IMG/VR virus record: IMGVR_UViG_3300027278_000424
Reading direction: 5' to 3' (one strand)
DNA: 64,000 nucleotides
From: an uncultured virus (IMG/VR IMGVR_UViG_3300027278_000424)
Taxonomy: Duplodnaviria; Heunggongvirae; Uroviricota; Caudoviricetes
Of the stretch, positions 17,061-25,875 are shown in pieces. The notes under the pieces are model-generated. The model was not told the DNA's origin, ran no database searches, and worked only from the letters and a program-made list of their open reading frames with translations. Numbering within the stretch: position 1 is the stretch's first letter; every line of letters begins with the position of its first letter. The translations under genes and the position numbers were made by a program.

Positions 17061-17969
17061 ATGTCAGACGTTAAAAATTACGAAGAAGTAGTAAAAATTG
17101 CTGGAAAGCATTTAGGTAAAGTAGGTGGTGATGGTTATTCAGACCAGTATAACCCAGAATTGTTAGTAAAGGTACCGAGATACCTTAATCGTGAAGCATA
17201 CGGCATCGATGATAACAACCTTCCATTTGTAGGTGTAGATACTTGGAATGCATATGAAGTATCAGCTATTACAACTAAAGGACAACCGGTTGCCGGAATG
17301 CTTAAAATTGTTTGTCCTGCCGATTCATCTCATCACGTTGAATCCAAATCAATTAAGTTATATTTGAATTCATTTAATATGACCCGCATTGGTGAATCAG
17401 CCAGAGAATGTATTTTAGGAATTGAAGCAAGAGTTAAAAGAGATTTAGATGAATTATTAGAAACTAACACAACTGTTTCTTTTTATCAATCAGAAAATGA
17501 AGTTCCAGCTATAGGATTTGTATATAAAGATTTATCTGAATATACAGACTTAGATGCAATTGACTTTACAGCTTTTAAATCAGATTCTTCACAGTTAGAG
17601 GCAGAAGATGGAAATGGTTTTCATAAGGAGTACAGATCAAACTTATTAAGATCTAACTGTAGAGTTACAAACCAACCGGACTGGGGGGATGTATTTATTA
17701 ATATTAAAGGTGAAAAAGTTCCAACAGCTGAATCATTAGCCAAATATATTGTATCTCACAGAACTGTATCCCACTTCCATGAAGAGATTTGTGAAATGAT
17801 TTATATGCACTTAAAAGAAGCTTTTGATCCTGAAGAATTAATGGTAACTTGTTTGTATACCCGTAGAGGAGGATTAGATATTAATCCAATTAGGGCTTCA
17901 CATTCAATGTTGATACCTGAATTCTTTACCTCTCCAGATTATAGAATCGCTAAAACTTTAAGACAGTAA
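17061..17969 (+). CDS. queF: NADPH-dependent preQ0 reductase, long (type II) form
   Basis: ESKSIKLYLNSF, SNCRVTNQPDWG, FHEE, YTRRGGLDINP. Confidence 0.95.
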   Translation: MSDVKNYEEVVKIAGKHLGKVGGDGYSDQYNPELLVKVPRYLNREAYGIDDNNLPFVGVDTWNAYEVSAITTKGQPVAGMLKIVCPADSSHHVESKSIKLYLNSFNMTRIGESARECILGIEARVKRDLDELLETNTTVSFYQSENEVPAIGFVYKDLSEYTDLDAIDFTAFKSDSSQLEAEDGNGFHKEYRSNLLRSNCRVTNQPDWGDVFINIKGEKVPTAESLAKYIVSHRTVSHFHEEICEMIYMHLKEAFDPEELMVTCLYTRRGGLDINPIRASHSMLIPEFFTSPDYRIAKTLRQ

Positions 17970-18229
17970 TGGCTGAGAAAGTAATCGAAGAACAACTAGA
18001 GTTGATTGCAACCAGAGTACCCCCTGGAGATAATTGGGAACTGACCATCGATAAAGAAAATATTATCGAAGGGTTGGTTCCAACTCTTACTACGTACTTA
18101 AGGAAAACTAAATTCAAAGGAGACTACAGATTAGCTCCATTAAGAGGAAAGTTATACGCAATCGTAGAAAAAGAAATATTTATAGAAGAACCCGAACCAG
18201 AAAAGTTTGATCTGTACGGAGAACTATAA
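17969..18229 (+). CDS. Hypothetical protein
   Basis: TAATG-coupled to queF. Confidence 0.7.
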   Translation: MAEKVIEEQLELIATRVPPGDNWELTIDKENIIEGLVPTLTTYLRKTKFKGDYRLAPLRGKLYAIVEKEIFIEEPEPEKFDLYGEL

Positions 18230-18814
18230 ATGTCTAGATACCTCAAGAAAATATCCCATAAGTATGAATTCCTCAAATTAGAACTTGAAGAGACTGAAGA
18301 AGAACTCGAAAGCTACCTAAGTGAATGGAGTAAACTGTTTGGAAAATATTTTGTTCAAAAGGAATCTGAAATGTGGGTTAATGAAGAGACCGGAGAGATG
18401 AGAAAAGATCCTCCAGGCAAAGAAGAGGAAAAACCTACAAAGAAACAAAAACCGGAAAAACTTAAAAAACTGTATAAAAAGTTATCTACTTACACCCATC
18501 CTGATAAAGGAGGAAAGGTAGATGACTTTAATGCGGTAAAAGAAGCTTATCAGAAGGAGAATCTACTAGAACTACTTAAGTTTGCCGGTCTCTACGACTT
18601 GGACTTTGAACTTGAAGAGGAAGATGAAACTCTAGTTAATAAAACGTTTACAAACATTCAAGAAGAAATACAAGGTCACAAAGGTTCAATGGCCTGGGCG
18701 TACGGCAAAGGAGATAAAGCAGCAAAATTAGCTGTAATAAAGAACCTAGAAAATCATTTAGGTATAATAATAAAAAAAGAAGATTACCCAAAAGAGTTGT
18801 TGGATCTTATATAA
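18230..18814 (+). CDS. J-domain-containing protein
   Basis: KLYKKLSTYTHPDKGG..DDF..VKEAY. Confidence 0.75.
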   Translation: MSRYLKKISHKYEFLKLELEETEEELESYLSEWSKLFGKYFVQKESEMWVNEETGEMRKDPPGKEEEKPTKKQKPEKLKKLYKKLSTYTHPDKGGKVDDFNAVKEAYQKENLLELLKFAGLYDLDFELEEEDETLVNKTFTNIQEEIQGHKGSMAWAYGKGDKAAKLAVIKNLENHLGIIIKKEDYPKELLDLI

Positions 18815-18852
18815 AGTATTCGTATCTTTATATTAAATAAAAATGGTTATAA

Positions 18853-21216
18853 ATGCAGTTAGAAAAGAAGTACTACACCGTTCAAGATAGTGAAACGTTA
18901 AAACTACTACACCAACACATCCTAGACTCAGATGTAATAGCAGTCGATACAGAGACGACTGGTCTAAACCCCAGAAAAGATAAAATTATCGGATGGTCAG
19001 TATCCGGAGATGAAGGTATTGGGTTCTATCTTCCTACTTTAGTATGGGATTATCATAGAGAAGAGTTAATCTTACAAGAGATTGATGAGACCTCTACCGA
19101 GCTTTTAAGTAGAAATTTACTTAAGCTTTTGAAAGGAAAGAAATTAGTATTTCACAATGCTTCCTTTGACGTTCAATTTATTAAAAATTACTACGGTGTT
19201 GACTTATTAGAAGACATCTGGGTAGATACTGGACTCTTAGTTCATACTGTTTATGAGGAAGGAGCTTTTGGCTTTGGTAATCCTTTTGGACTGAAATCTA
19301 TAGCTATTATGAATCAGGAGGCTCTTGGCCTGAACGTAGAAGAAGCTGCTAACCAGGAGCAAATTGAACTTAAAGAATCTATTAAGAAAAATGGTGGCTC
19401 TGTTACTAAAGAAAGCTTTGAAATCTACAAGGCTGATCTTGACATCCTTAGCAAGTATGCTAGTGCTGATACTGACCTTACCCTTCGCATTTGTAATCTA
19501 TATTTGGATAAATTACGAGATGAAGGTTTGGAGAAATTCTTCTTTGAAGATGAAGTAATGCCTGTTTATAGAGAGGTAACTGTACCGATGGAATCATACG
19601 GTGTAGAACTCGATATGGACTTAATAGAGCAAACACACAAAGAGATCTCAGAAGATCTTGAAGATAATAAAGATATTGTAATGAAATCCTTATTAGAGAC
19701 CTCAGAAGCGAAATCATGGGTAGTTAAGACTGCATTAGATAACTACCCAGTATCACCAAAAGGTAACTGGGCACAGAATATTGTTGCAAGATACTCTATT
19801 CCTTTACCTAAATCAGAAAAAACAGGTAAGTATTCACTTACCCAGAAAAATATAGAAGCATTTGAACCCTCTAGTGAAAAAGAAGAGAAAGTAAAGCAGT
19901 TCCTATTAACCGGAGACGAGACCCTTATCGATGAGGTAGAAAGATACCGAATCTCGATGGCAATGTGGAGGGAATCAAACGACGGAGATCTTATTAATAT
20001 CCAGTCTAAAAAACACTTGGGTGAGATCGTCTTCGGTTATATGGGAATTGAACCTCTTAAAGCAGCAGGGCAGACTAAATCAGGTAGAGCTCAATTCGAT
20101 ATGGATATGATCGAAGAGTTATCTAAAACTTATACTTGGGCTGAAAACCTAAGAGTATATAACAAGTTACTTAAAATTAAATCTACCTACGTAGACAGGT
20201 TCAGAGACAGAGCCGAAGACGGTAAATACTATTTCTACTTCAAACAGAATGGTACTGTATCAGGACGCTATGGATCAGATGCACAGCAGCTTCCTAAACC
20301 CAAAGAGGAAGGAGAAGATGCTCCGATTATTGTTAAGTATACCAATATCGTGAGAAAGTTTATGATTGCCGGAGAAGGTAGAAAAGTAATCGATGCCGAT
20401 TACGAATCATTAGAACCTCATTGCTTTGCATCTGTAACAGGCGATACTGCTTTACAGGAAATCTTTAACAAAGGCTGGGACTTCTACTCTACAGTTGCTA
20501 TTAAAACTGAAAGATTAGATCAGGATCGTAAAAGATTCCCTAACGGAGTCTCAGCAGACAAGAAAGCACCCAACTACCTTAAGAACTTAGATGCTCCTGC
20601 TCGTAATAAAGCAAAAGCTTATTCATTAGGTATTGCATACGGTATGGAAGCTTATGCTCTTAAAATGACTTTAGGTATTGATCAGAAGAAAGCTGAAGAA
20701 TTAGTTCAAGGTTATTTAGATGGATTTCCTCAGCTTAAAGAATGGAGAGAGAATTCTAGACTTCAAGTCAAAGCTCACGGTTACATTAAAAACTATGTAG
20801 GACGAGTTAGACACTTACCTAAAGTTCAGAAGACTTATATGAAGTTTCAAGACCGTATGATGGATTGGAGATTTAGAAAAGAGTTAGAAGCTAAATACGG
20901 TAAAGAAGTAGTAATACAAGCTTATAGAGATTACCGAAACGGACTTAATAACTGCCTTAACTTCCAACTTCAATCATTAGCAGCTGCAGTAGTAAACCGT
21001 GCAGCGGTACAGATTAATAGAAAAGCTATAGAGTTAGGAATAGATGCTAAATGTCAGGCACAGGTCCATGATCAACTTATTGTGAATGTATCAGAAAAAG
21101 ATGCAGAAATGTTTGCACCTCATGTACAGCATATAATGGAAACTACGACTGTACTACCAGGAGTAACCCTAAAAGCACCACCAGAAATTGCAAATAACTG
21201 GGCGGATGGACATTAA
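18853..21216 (+). CDS. polA: Family A DNA polymerase (3'-5' exonuclease plus polymerase; no 5'-3' exonuclease)
   Basis: DTETTGL, HNASFD, YASAD exonuclease motifs; TVSGR, DADYESLE, RNKAKAYSLGIAYG, QVHDQ. Confidence 0.93.
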   Translation: MQLEKKYYTVQDSETLKLLHQHILDSDVIAVDTETTGLNPRKDKIIGWSVSGDEGIGFYLPTLVWDYHREELILQEIDETSTELLSRNLLKLLKGKKLVFHNASFDVQFIKNYYGVDLLEDIWVDTGLLVHTVYEEGAFGFGNPFGLKSIAIMNQEALGLNVEEAANQEQIELKESIKKNGGSVTKESFEIYKADLDILSKYASADTDLTLRICNLYLDKLRDEGLEKFFFEDEVMPVYREVTVPMESYGVELDMDLIEQTHKEISEDLEDNKDIVMKSLLETSEAKSWVVKTALDNYPVSPKGNWAQNIVARYSIPLPKSEKTGKYSLTQKNIEAFEPSSEKEEKVKQFLLTGDETLIDEVERYRISMAMWRESNDGDLINIQSKKHLGEIVFGYMGIEPLKAAGQTKSGRAQFDMDMIEELSKTYTWAENLRVYNKLLKIKSTYVDRFRDRAEDGKYYFYFKQNGTVSGRYGSDAQQLPKPKEEGEDAPIIVKYTNIVRKFMIAGEGRKVIDADYESLEPHCFASVTGDTALQEIFNKGWDFYSTVAIKTERLDQDRKRFPNGVSADKKAPNYLKNLDAPARNKAKAYSLGIAYGMEAYALKMTLGIDQKKAEELVQGYLDGFPQLKEWRENSRLQVKAHGYIKNYVGRVRHLPKVQKTYMKFQDRMMDWRFRKELEAKYGKEVVIQAYRDYRNGLNNCLNFQLQSLAAAVVNRAAVQINRKAIELGIDAKCQAQVHDQLIVNVSEKDAEMFAPHVQHIMETTTVLPGVTLKAPPEIANNWADGH

Positions 21217-21315
21217 AAATTAAAATCAAGTATATTTATATTAAAGAAGATTGACCCTAGAGCTTTCAACTTTTAAATTAACCGGAGATCTTAGGACTCC
21301 ACAAATTACATCATT

Positions 21316-21729
21316 ATGAGTAACATTTTTTTACATGAACGAAATCCGTTCGACATTTTAGTCCGCAATTTTTTGCAAACAGCCAATGGTTACGCACCAC
21401 TAGCAGAATCCAAACTTCCTCACCCAGTAGACATTTACGAGACAGAGACACATCTAGTGTTCGACATCGCTTGTACAGGAGTTTCTCAAGAAGAGCTCGA
21501 GGTACAGACTCAAAATAATACATTACGGGTAAATTACAATAAAGTAGATAAAGACGACGAGGCAAAATATATCCACAGAGGTATAGCCAAACGTTCGTTT
21601 AATTTAGGATGGAAAATCGATAGTAAATTTGATTTAAGTAAAGCTGATGCTGAATTTAAATACGGATTACTAAAGATTGCAATTCCATACGCTAAAGGGT
21701 CAGAAGTAAAGACTCTTAAAATAAAATAG
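21316..21729 (+). CDS. Hsp20/alpha-crystallin small heat-shock protein
   Basis: PVDIYE, YIHRGIAKRSF, AEFKYGLLKIAIP. Confidence 0.92.
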   Translation: MSNIFLHERNPFDILVRNFLQTANGYAPLAESKLPHPVDIYETETHLVFDIACTGVSQEELEVQTQNNTLRVNYNKVDKDDEAKYIHRGIAKRSFNLGWKIDSKFDLSKADAEFKYGLLKIAIPYAKGSEVKTLKIK

Positions 21730-21782
21730 ATTAATTCCGCTCTAGGGTTTGATCTTTAAATAAATCTTCATATATTAATATA

Positions 21783-21977
21783 ATGAACAAAGAGGTTATA
21801 GAAGTTCGAGGAAACTTGTATCAAGTAGTTAGAAAAATTAAAGAGTCTCAAGTTAACGGTAACGTAGACGGATTAAAGGCTTGGAGAGAACTTCTTCACT
21901 GTGATACAATGTTTAACTCGAATGGAGTATACTACCTAGTAAAAGAAATAACAGACGTAAATATAAACAATGAGTAA
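21783..21977 (+). CDS. Hypothetical protein
   Basis: 64-aa ORF after a promoter at 21748-21778; overlaps groES. Confidence 0.65.
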   Translation: MNKEVIEVRGNLYQVVRKIKESQVNGNVDGLKAWRELLHCDTMFNSNGVYYLVKEITDVNINNE

Positions 21978-22278
21978 AAAGTTACAACCAACAAACGACA
22001 GAATCCTCATCAAACCTATTGATGAAGGAGAACAGACTTACGGTTCAATCGTAATTCCAGATTTAGGAAAAGAGAAACCAGAAATGGGAGAAGTATTAGC
22101 AGTAGGTCCAGGGCGTCAGTCGGAACTTGACCCTTCTAAACTTATTACAGTTAGATCCTGTAAAGTAGGAGATGTAGTCCTTGTACCTAAAATCGGAACA
22201 TTAAGAATTGATTTCGAAGGTGAAGAGTATTATATCGCACAAGATAGAGAAATTTTAGCAGTTGTAAAAGAAGCATAG
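21970..22278 (+). CDS. groES: Co-chaperonin GroES
   Basis: PTNDRILIK, IVIPD..KEKP..GEVLAVGPG, EILAV. Confidence 0.95.
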   Translation: MSKKLQPTNDRILIKPIDEGEQTYGSIVIPDLGKEKPEMGEVLAVGPGRQSELDPSKLITVRSCKVGDVVLVPKIGTLRIDFEGEEYYIAQDREILAVVKEA

Positions 22279-22280
22279 AT

Positions 22281-23927
22281 ATGAGTAAGAAAATTACATT
22301 TTCAAATGACGCTAGAAATAAACTAGCTGACGGAGTAGATAAATTAGCAAATGCAGTTACAGCAACATTAGGTCCATCAGGCCGTAATGTTATCATCGAA
22401 CAAGATATGGGTAATCCAGTATCTACGAAAGATGGTGTAACAGTAGCTAAATCTATTGTACTAAAAGATAAAGTAGAGAATTTAGGAGCACAGATTGTTA
22501 AACAAGCTTCTATTAAGACGGCAGAACAGGCAGGTGATGGTACAACAACATCTACCTTACTTGCACAAACTATTCTTAATGACGGTATTGATTCTTTAGA
22601 TGCAGGATCAAATGCAGTAGACGTTAAGAGAGGTATTGATAAAGCAGTAAAAGAAGTAGTTAAGTTTTTAGAAACTGATTACTCAAAAGAAATAACGGAT
22701 GAAGAACAGCTAAAACAAGTCGCTACAATTTCAGCCAACAACGATACAGAAGTTGGAGAATTGATCTCTACTGCTATGGATAAAGTAGGAAGAGATGGTG
22801 TTGTTACAATCGAAGAATCCAAAACAGGAGAAACATATCTCGAAACAGTCGAAGGTATGCAATTCAATCGCGGTTATAAGTCTCCATACTTCGTTACGGA
22901 TAACTCTACCATGACTGCTGTTCTTCAAAAACCGTTGATTTTAATTACCGACAAGAGGTTAAATGCAATCAAAGAGTTACTTCCAATCCTAGAAAGTGTC
23001 TCACAGCAGAACAGATCTTTATTAATAATTGCTGAAGACCTAGATGGAGAAGCTTTATCGACACTAGTAGTTAACAAAATGAGAGGAATCTTATCTGTAG
23101 CTGCAGTTAAAGCTCCTGACTTTGGAGATAGAAGAAAAGCAGTCCTAGAAGATATCGCAATCTTAACCGGGGGTCAAGTAATCTCATCAGAGAAAGGAAT
23201 GAGATTTGAGAAGTTTGACACTAATTGGTTAGGTTCAGCTAATAAAGTTACAGTAGGTAAAGATACTACTACCATCATTGACGCTAAAGGAGATGAAGAG
23301 AAGATTACCCAAAGAGTAGAAGAGATTAAAAATCAAATTGATGATACTAAATCTCCATACGAAAAAGAAAATCTTCAAGATAGATTAGCTAAATTCATCG
23401 GCGGTATTGCAATCGTTCACGTAGGAGGAATGACAGAAGTAGAGATGAAAGAGAAGAAAGATAGAGTTGACGATGCACTACATGCAACCAAAGCAGCTTT
23501 AGAAGAAGGAATCTTACCTGGAGGAGGAATTGCATTACTAAATGCAGCCACAATGCTAGAAAGTAGATTAGACTCAATTGAATCTAAAGATGAATACAAA
23601 GGATATCAAATTGTATTGAATGCATGCGAAGCTCCTTTCAGAAAAATCTTATTAAACGCAGGTTTTACTTCAGATAAGATAGGAGAAATTGATACAGAGT
23701 TACAAAACTCTAAAGATAAATGGTTAGGTTTTAACCCAAGAGCTGACAAAACAGTTAATATGTTTGAAGCAGGAATTATTGATCCAACCAAAGTTACAAG
23801 ATTAGCACTAGAAAATGCAGCATCGGTTGCTGGTACGATGTTGATTACAGAGGCAGTAGTCTCTAACTTACCAGAGAAAAACAAAAAAGAAAGTAATGGT
23901 ATGGATCCAAACATGCTATTAGGATAA
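22281..23927 (+). CDS. groEL: Chaperonin GroEL
   Basis: [51 protein letters not shown]. Confidence 0.97.
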   Translation: MSKKITFSNDARNKLADGVDKLANAVTATLGPSGRNVIIEQDMGNPVSTKDGVTVAKSIVLKDKVENLGAQIVKQASIKTAEQAGDGTTTSTLLAQTILNDGIDSLDAGSNAVDVKRGIDKAVKEVVKFLETDYSKEITDEEQLKQVATISANNDTEVGELISTAMDKVGRDGVVTIEESKTGETYLETVEGMQFNRGYKSPYFVTDNSTMTAVLQKPLILITDKRLNAIKELLPILESVSQQNRSLLIIAEDLDGEALSTLVVNKMRGILSVAAVKAPDFGDRRKAVLEDIAILTGGQVISSEKGMRFEKFDTNWLGSANKVTVGKDTTTIIDAKGDEEKITQRVEEIKNQIDDTKSPYEKENLQDRLAKFIGGIAIVHVGGMTEVEMKEKKDRVDDALHATKAALEEGILPGGGIALLNAATMLESRLDSIESKDEYKGYQIVLNACEAPFRKILLNAGFTSDKIGEIDTELQNSKDKWLGFNPRADKTVNMFEAGIIDPTKVTRLALENAASVAGTMLITEAVVSNLPEKNKKESNGMDPNMLLG

Positions 23928-23949
23928 ATTAAATTTTAAAATTAAGATT

Positions 23950-24120
23950 ATGTCAAAAAAACAAGAATTATTCGAAGCAATTGAAGCTAACTTTACAGAG
24001 TTAGCAGAAAACAATGCAGGAACTACTAAAGCATCTCAACAGAGAGCTCGTAAGGCAGCAGGAGAGATCAAGAAATTGATTACCGACTACCGTAAAGCTT
24101 CCGTAGAAGAGTCTAAGTAA
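23950..24120 (+). CDS. Histone H1-like (Hc1-like) protein, 56 aa (not in ORF track)
   Basis: GTTKASQQRARKAAGEIKKLITDYRKASV matches the KAA..RARK...K..RK.S pattern. Confidence 0.75.
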   Translation: MSKKQELFEAIEANFTELAENNAGTTKASQQRARKAAGEIKKLITDYRKASVEESK

Positions 24121-24179
24121 TCCGAGGGGCGGGGGCGTTTCTCTCTCCCGCACCGAAGGTGCCACGCGCATTTTTAACT

Positions 24180-24208
24180 AACCCTACCCTCAACCGGTGG
24201 GGTTTTTT
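24180..24208 (+). terminator. Intrinsic terminator after the groESL-Hc1 unit
   Basis: AACCCTACC...GGTGGGGTT stem followed by a T-run. Confidence 0.7.
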
Positions 24209-24318
24209 ATTGCCATATAGTTGCCATCCTGCTAAAATTGTGTTATCTTAGTTTAAGAGAAGTTCAAGAGAAGTTCAATTTTGGACTATTTATTAACATA
24301 ACCCCTAAACACCGGCAT

Positions 24319-24624
24319 ATGAAAAAGATCTTATTTGCATTAGCAATGCTTGTATCTGCCATAGGACTTGCACAGGAAAAGACCTATAAAGTAGTAAATG
24401 AAAATACCGTAGCAGTCACCATTAAATTTGATGGAGCACCGACACAAAAAGGTATCTATACAAAGGTAGATGGAGTGTTTAAACCCCACGGTATATGGAC
24501 ACAATATGACGAGAATAATCGCGTTACCCTGCGGGTGATGTATCTGGAAGGTAAAAAAGTCTGGGTCGAGAAAGATTTTGGTGCAACACAGGTTGTAATA
24601 AATTATAAAGAAGGGGCTATTTAG
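24319..24624 (+). CDS. Secreted hypothetical protein (likely start MKKILF)
   Basis: Signal peptide ending AIGLA/Q; MORN-like HGIWTQYDEN. Confidence 0.7.
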   Translation: MKKILFALAMLVSAIGLAQEKTYKVVNENTVAVTIKFDGAPTQKGIYTKVDGVFKPHGIWTQYDENNRVTLRVMYLEGKKVWVEKDFGATQVVINYKEGAI

Positions 24625-24637
24625 CCTCTTTTTTTTT
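24612..24637 (+). terminator. Intrinsic terminator
   Basis: AGGGGCT-ATTT-AGCCTCT then poly-T. Confidence 0.75.
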
Positions 24638-24727
24638 GTTTAGAAGAAAAGATTTCTTATATTTATTAATATGCAAGACTTTATATTTTTCGAGGAATCG
24701 TGGAATGATAACCAAAACATAAATCAA

Positions 24728-24847
24728 ATGAGTTCTAAATTTTTTGGCAACAGCCTAACACCCAGTACAAGTAAAAGTAAAGTTAAAAACAGCAAAGGAA
24801 AAAATGTTGTTAAACAAGTTGTAAAAAAAGCCGGAAGAGGTAAATAA
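24728..24847 (+). CDS. Small Lys-rich protein, 39 aa (not in ORF track)
   Basis: MSSKFFGNSLTP...KKAGRGK; abuts apt. Confidence 0.5.
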   Translation: MSSKFFGNSLTPSTSKSKVKNSKGKNVVKQVVKKAGRGK

Positions 24848-25339
24848 ATGGATTTTAAAAGTTATATCAAAGAGGTTCCAAACTTTCCTAAAGAAGGTAT
24901 TTTATACCGAGACATCCAACCCCTATTACAAGATTCAGTAGCATTCTATGATGCAATATATGCGATGGGAGAACTCATTGATATGGATAAAGTAGATTAC
25001 TTTGTTGGAATCGAATCAAGAGGATTTATATTTGCAGCTGCTTTAGCAGCAATCAACCTGAAAGGATTTAAAATGATTCGTAAAGCAGGTAAACTTCCCG
25101 ATAGAGGAGCAGCCCTATGTAGAACTGAATATGATCTTGAATACGGTTCAGATATAATTGAAATGGAAAGCGGCTGGGGTAATGTTGTCTTAGTAGATGA
25201 TGTTTACGCTACAGGAGGGACAATGAAAGCAGCAGAAGAACTAGCAGATTTTGCCGGATATCAAGTAATCGATTCTCTATGTTTATTGGATATAGGAATC
25301 GTAAAAGACCATAAAACAAAATGCGTAATATCTTATTAG
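24848..25339 (+). CDS. apt: Adenine phosphoribosyltransferase
   Basis: PNFPKEGILYRDI, GIESRGF, RKAGKLP, YDLEYG, LVDDVYATGGT. Confidence 0.93.
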   Translation: MDFKSYIKEVPNFPKEGILYRDIQPLLQDSVAFYDAIYAMGELIDMDKVDYFVGIESRGFIFAAALAAINLKGFKMIRKAGKLPDRGAALCRTEYDLEYGSDIIEMESGWGNVVLVDDVYATGGTMKAAEELADFAGYQVIDSLCLLDIGIVKDHKTKCVISY

Positions 25340-25875
25340 TATCAGCAACCAAACTCGAACATCATGATAGAGAGTTATTTGGTATTCCAATTCATATTAT
25401 AGGAGTTGGAAAAGTAGAAGCAGCTTTAAATACAAAAAAGCTTATAGAGAATCATAAACTGGCCCACGGTGGTGGAAAACCTTCCCGTGTAATTAATTTC
25501 GGTTCTTGCGGTAATCTTAAAAATCATAAAAGAGGTGAAGTTCTAGAAATAGGAACCGTATATGATGACTTCTATGGATGTGTAGTTCCTGAACACGACC
25601 CTATAGAGATTACAAATTCACCTTACAAACTTTTCACTACAGATACTTTCTATGATACATCAGAAGTCTACAGTAAAAGTTATGTAGAAAATATAAAAAA
25701 ATGTGATGTTGTAGATATGGAAGGATATTCCATAGCAAAAGTTTGTCAGAACGAAAGAATTTCCTTATCTTTGTATAAGTGGGTTAGTGATGATGGCTCA
25801 ACAGAAGACTGGCAAGCAAACGCAGCAGCAGGTTATAACAACTTTAAAAAGTTATTCAAAGAAAAGTATTTATGA
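25321..25875 (+). CDS. MTA/SAH nucleosidase-like (PNP_UDP_1 family)
   Basis: GVGKVEAA, INFGSCG, VDMEG, KWVSD. Confidence 0.82.
   Translation: MRNILLVSATKLEHHDRELFGIPIHIIGVGKVEAALNTKKLIENHKLAHGGGKPSRVINFGSCGNLKNHKRGEVLEIGTVYDDFYGCVVPEHDPIEITNSPYKLFTTDTFYDTSEVYSKSYVENIKKCDVVDMEGYSIAKVCQNERISLSLYKWVSDDGSTEDWQANAAAGYNNFKKLFKEKYL

Noticed and set aside
24121..24177. Stop-codon readthrough signal or HDV-like ribozyme after the Hc1-like gene
   Set aside because: Readthrough adds only about 18 codons, and I could not fit the HDV nested double-pseudoknot by eye.
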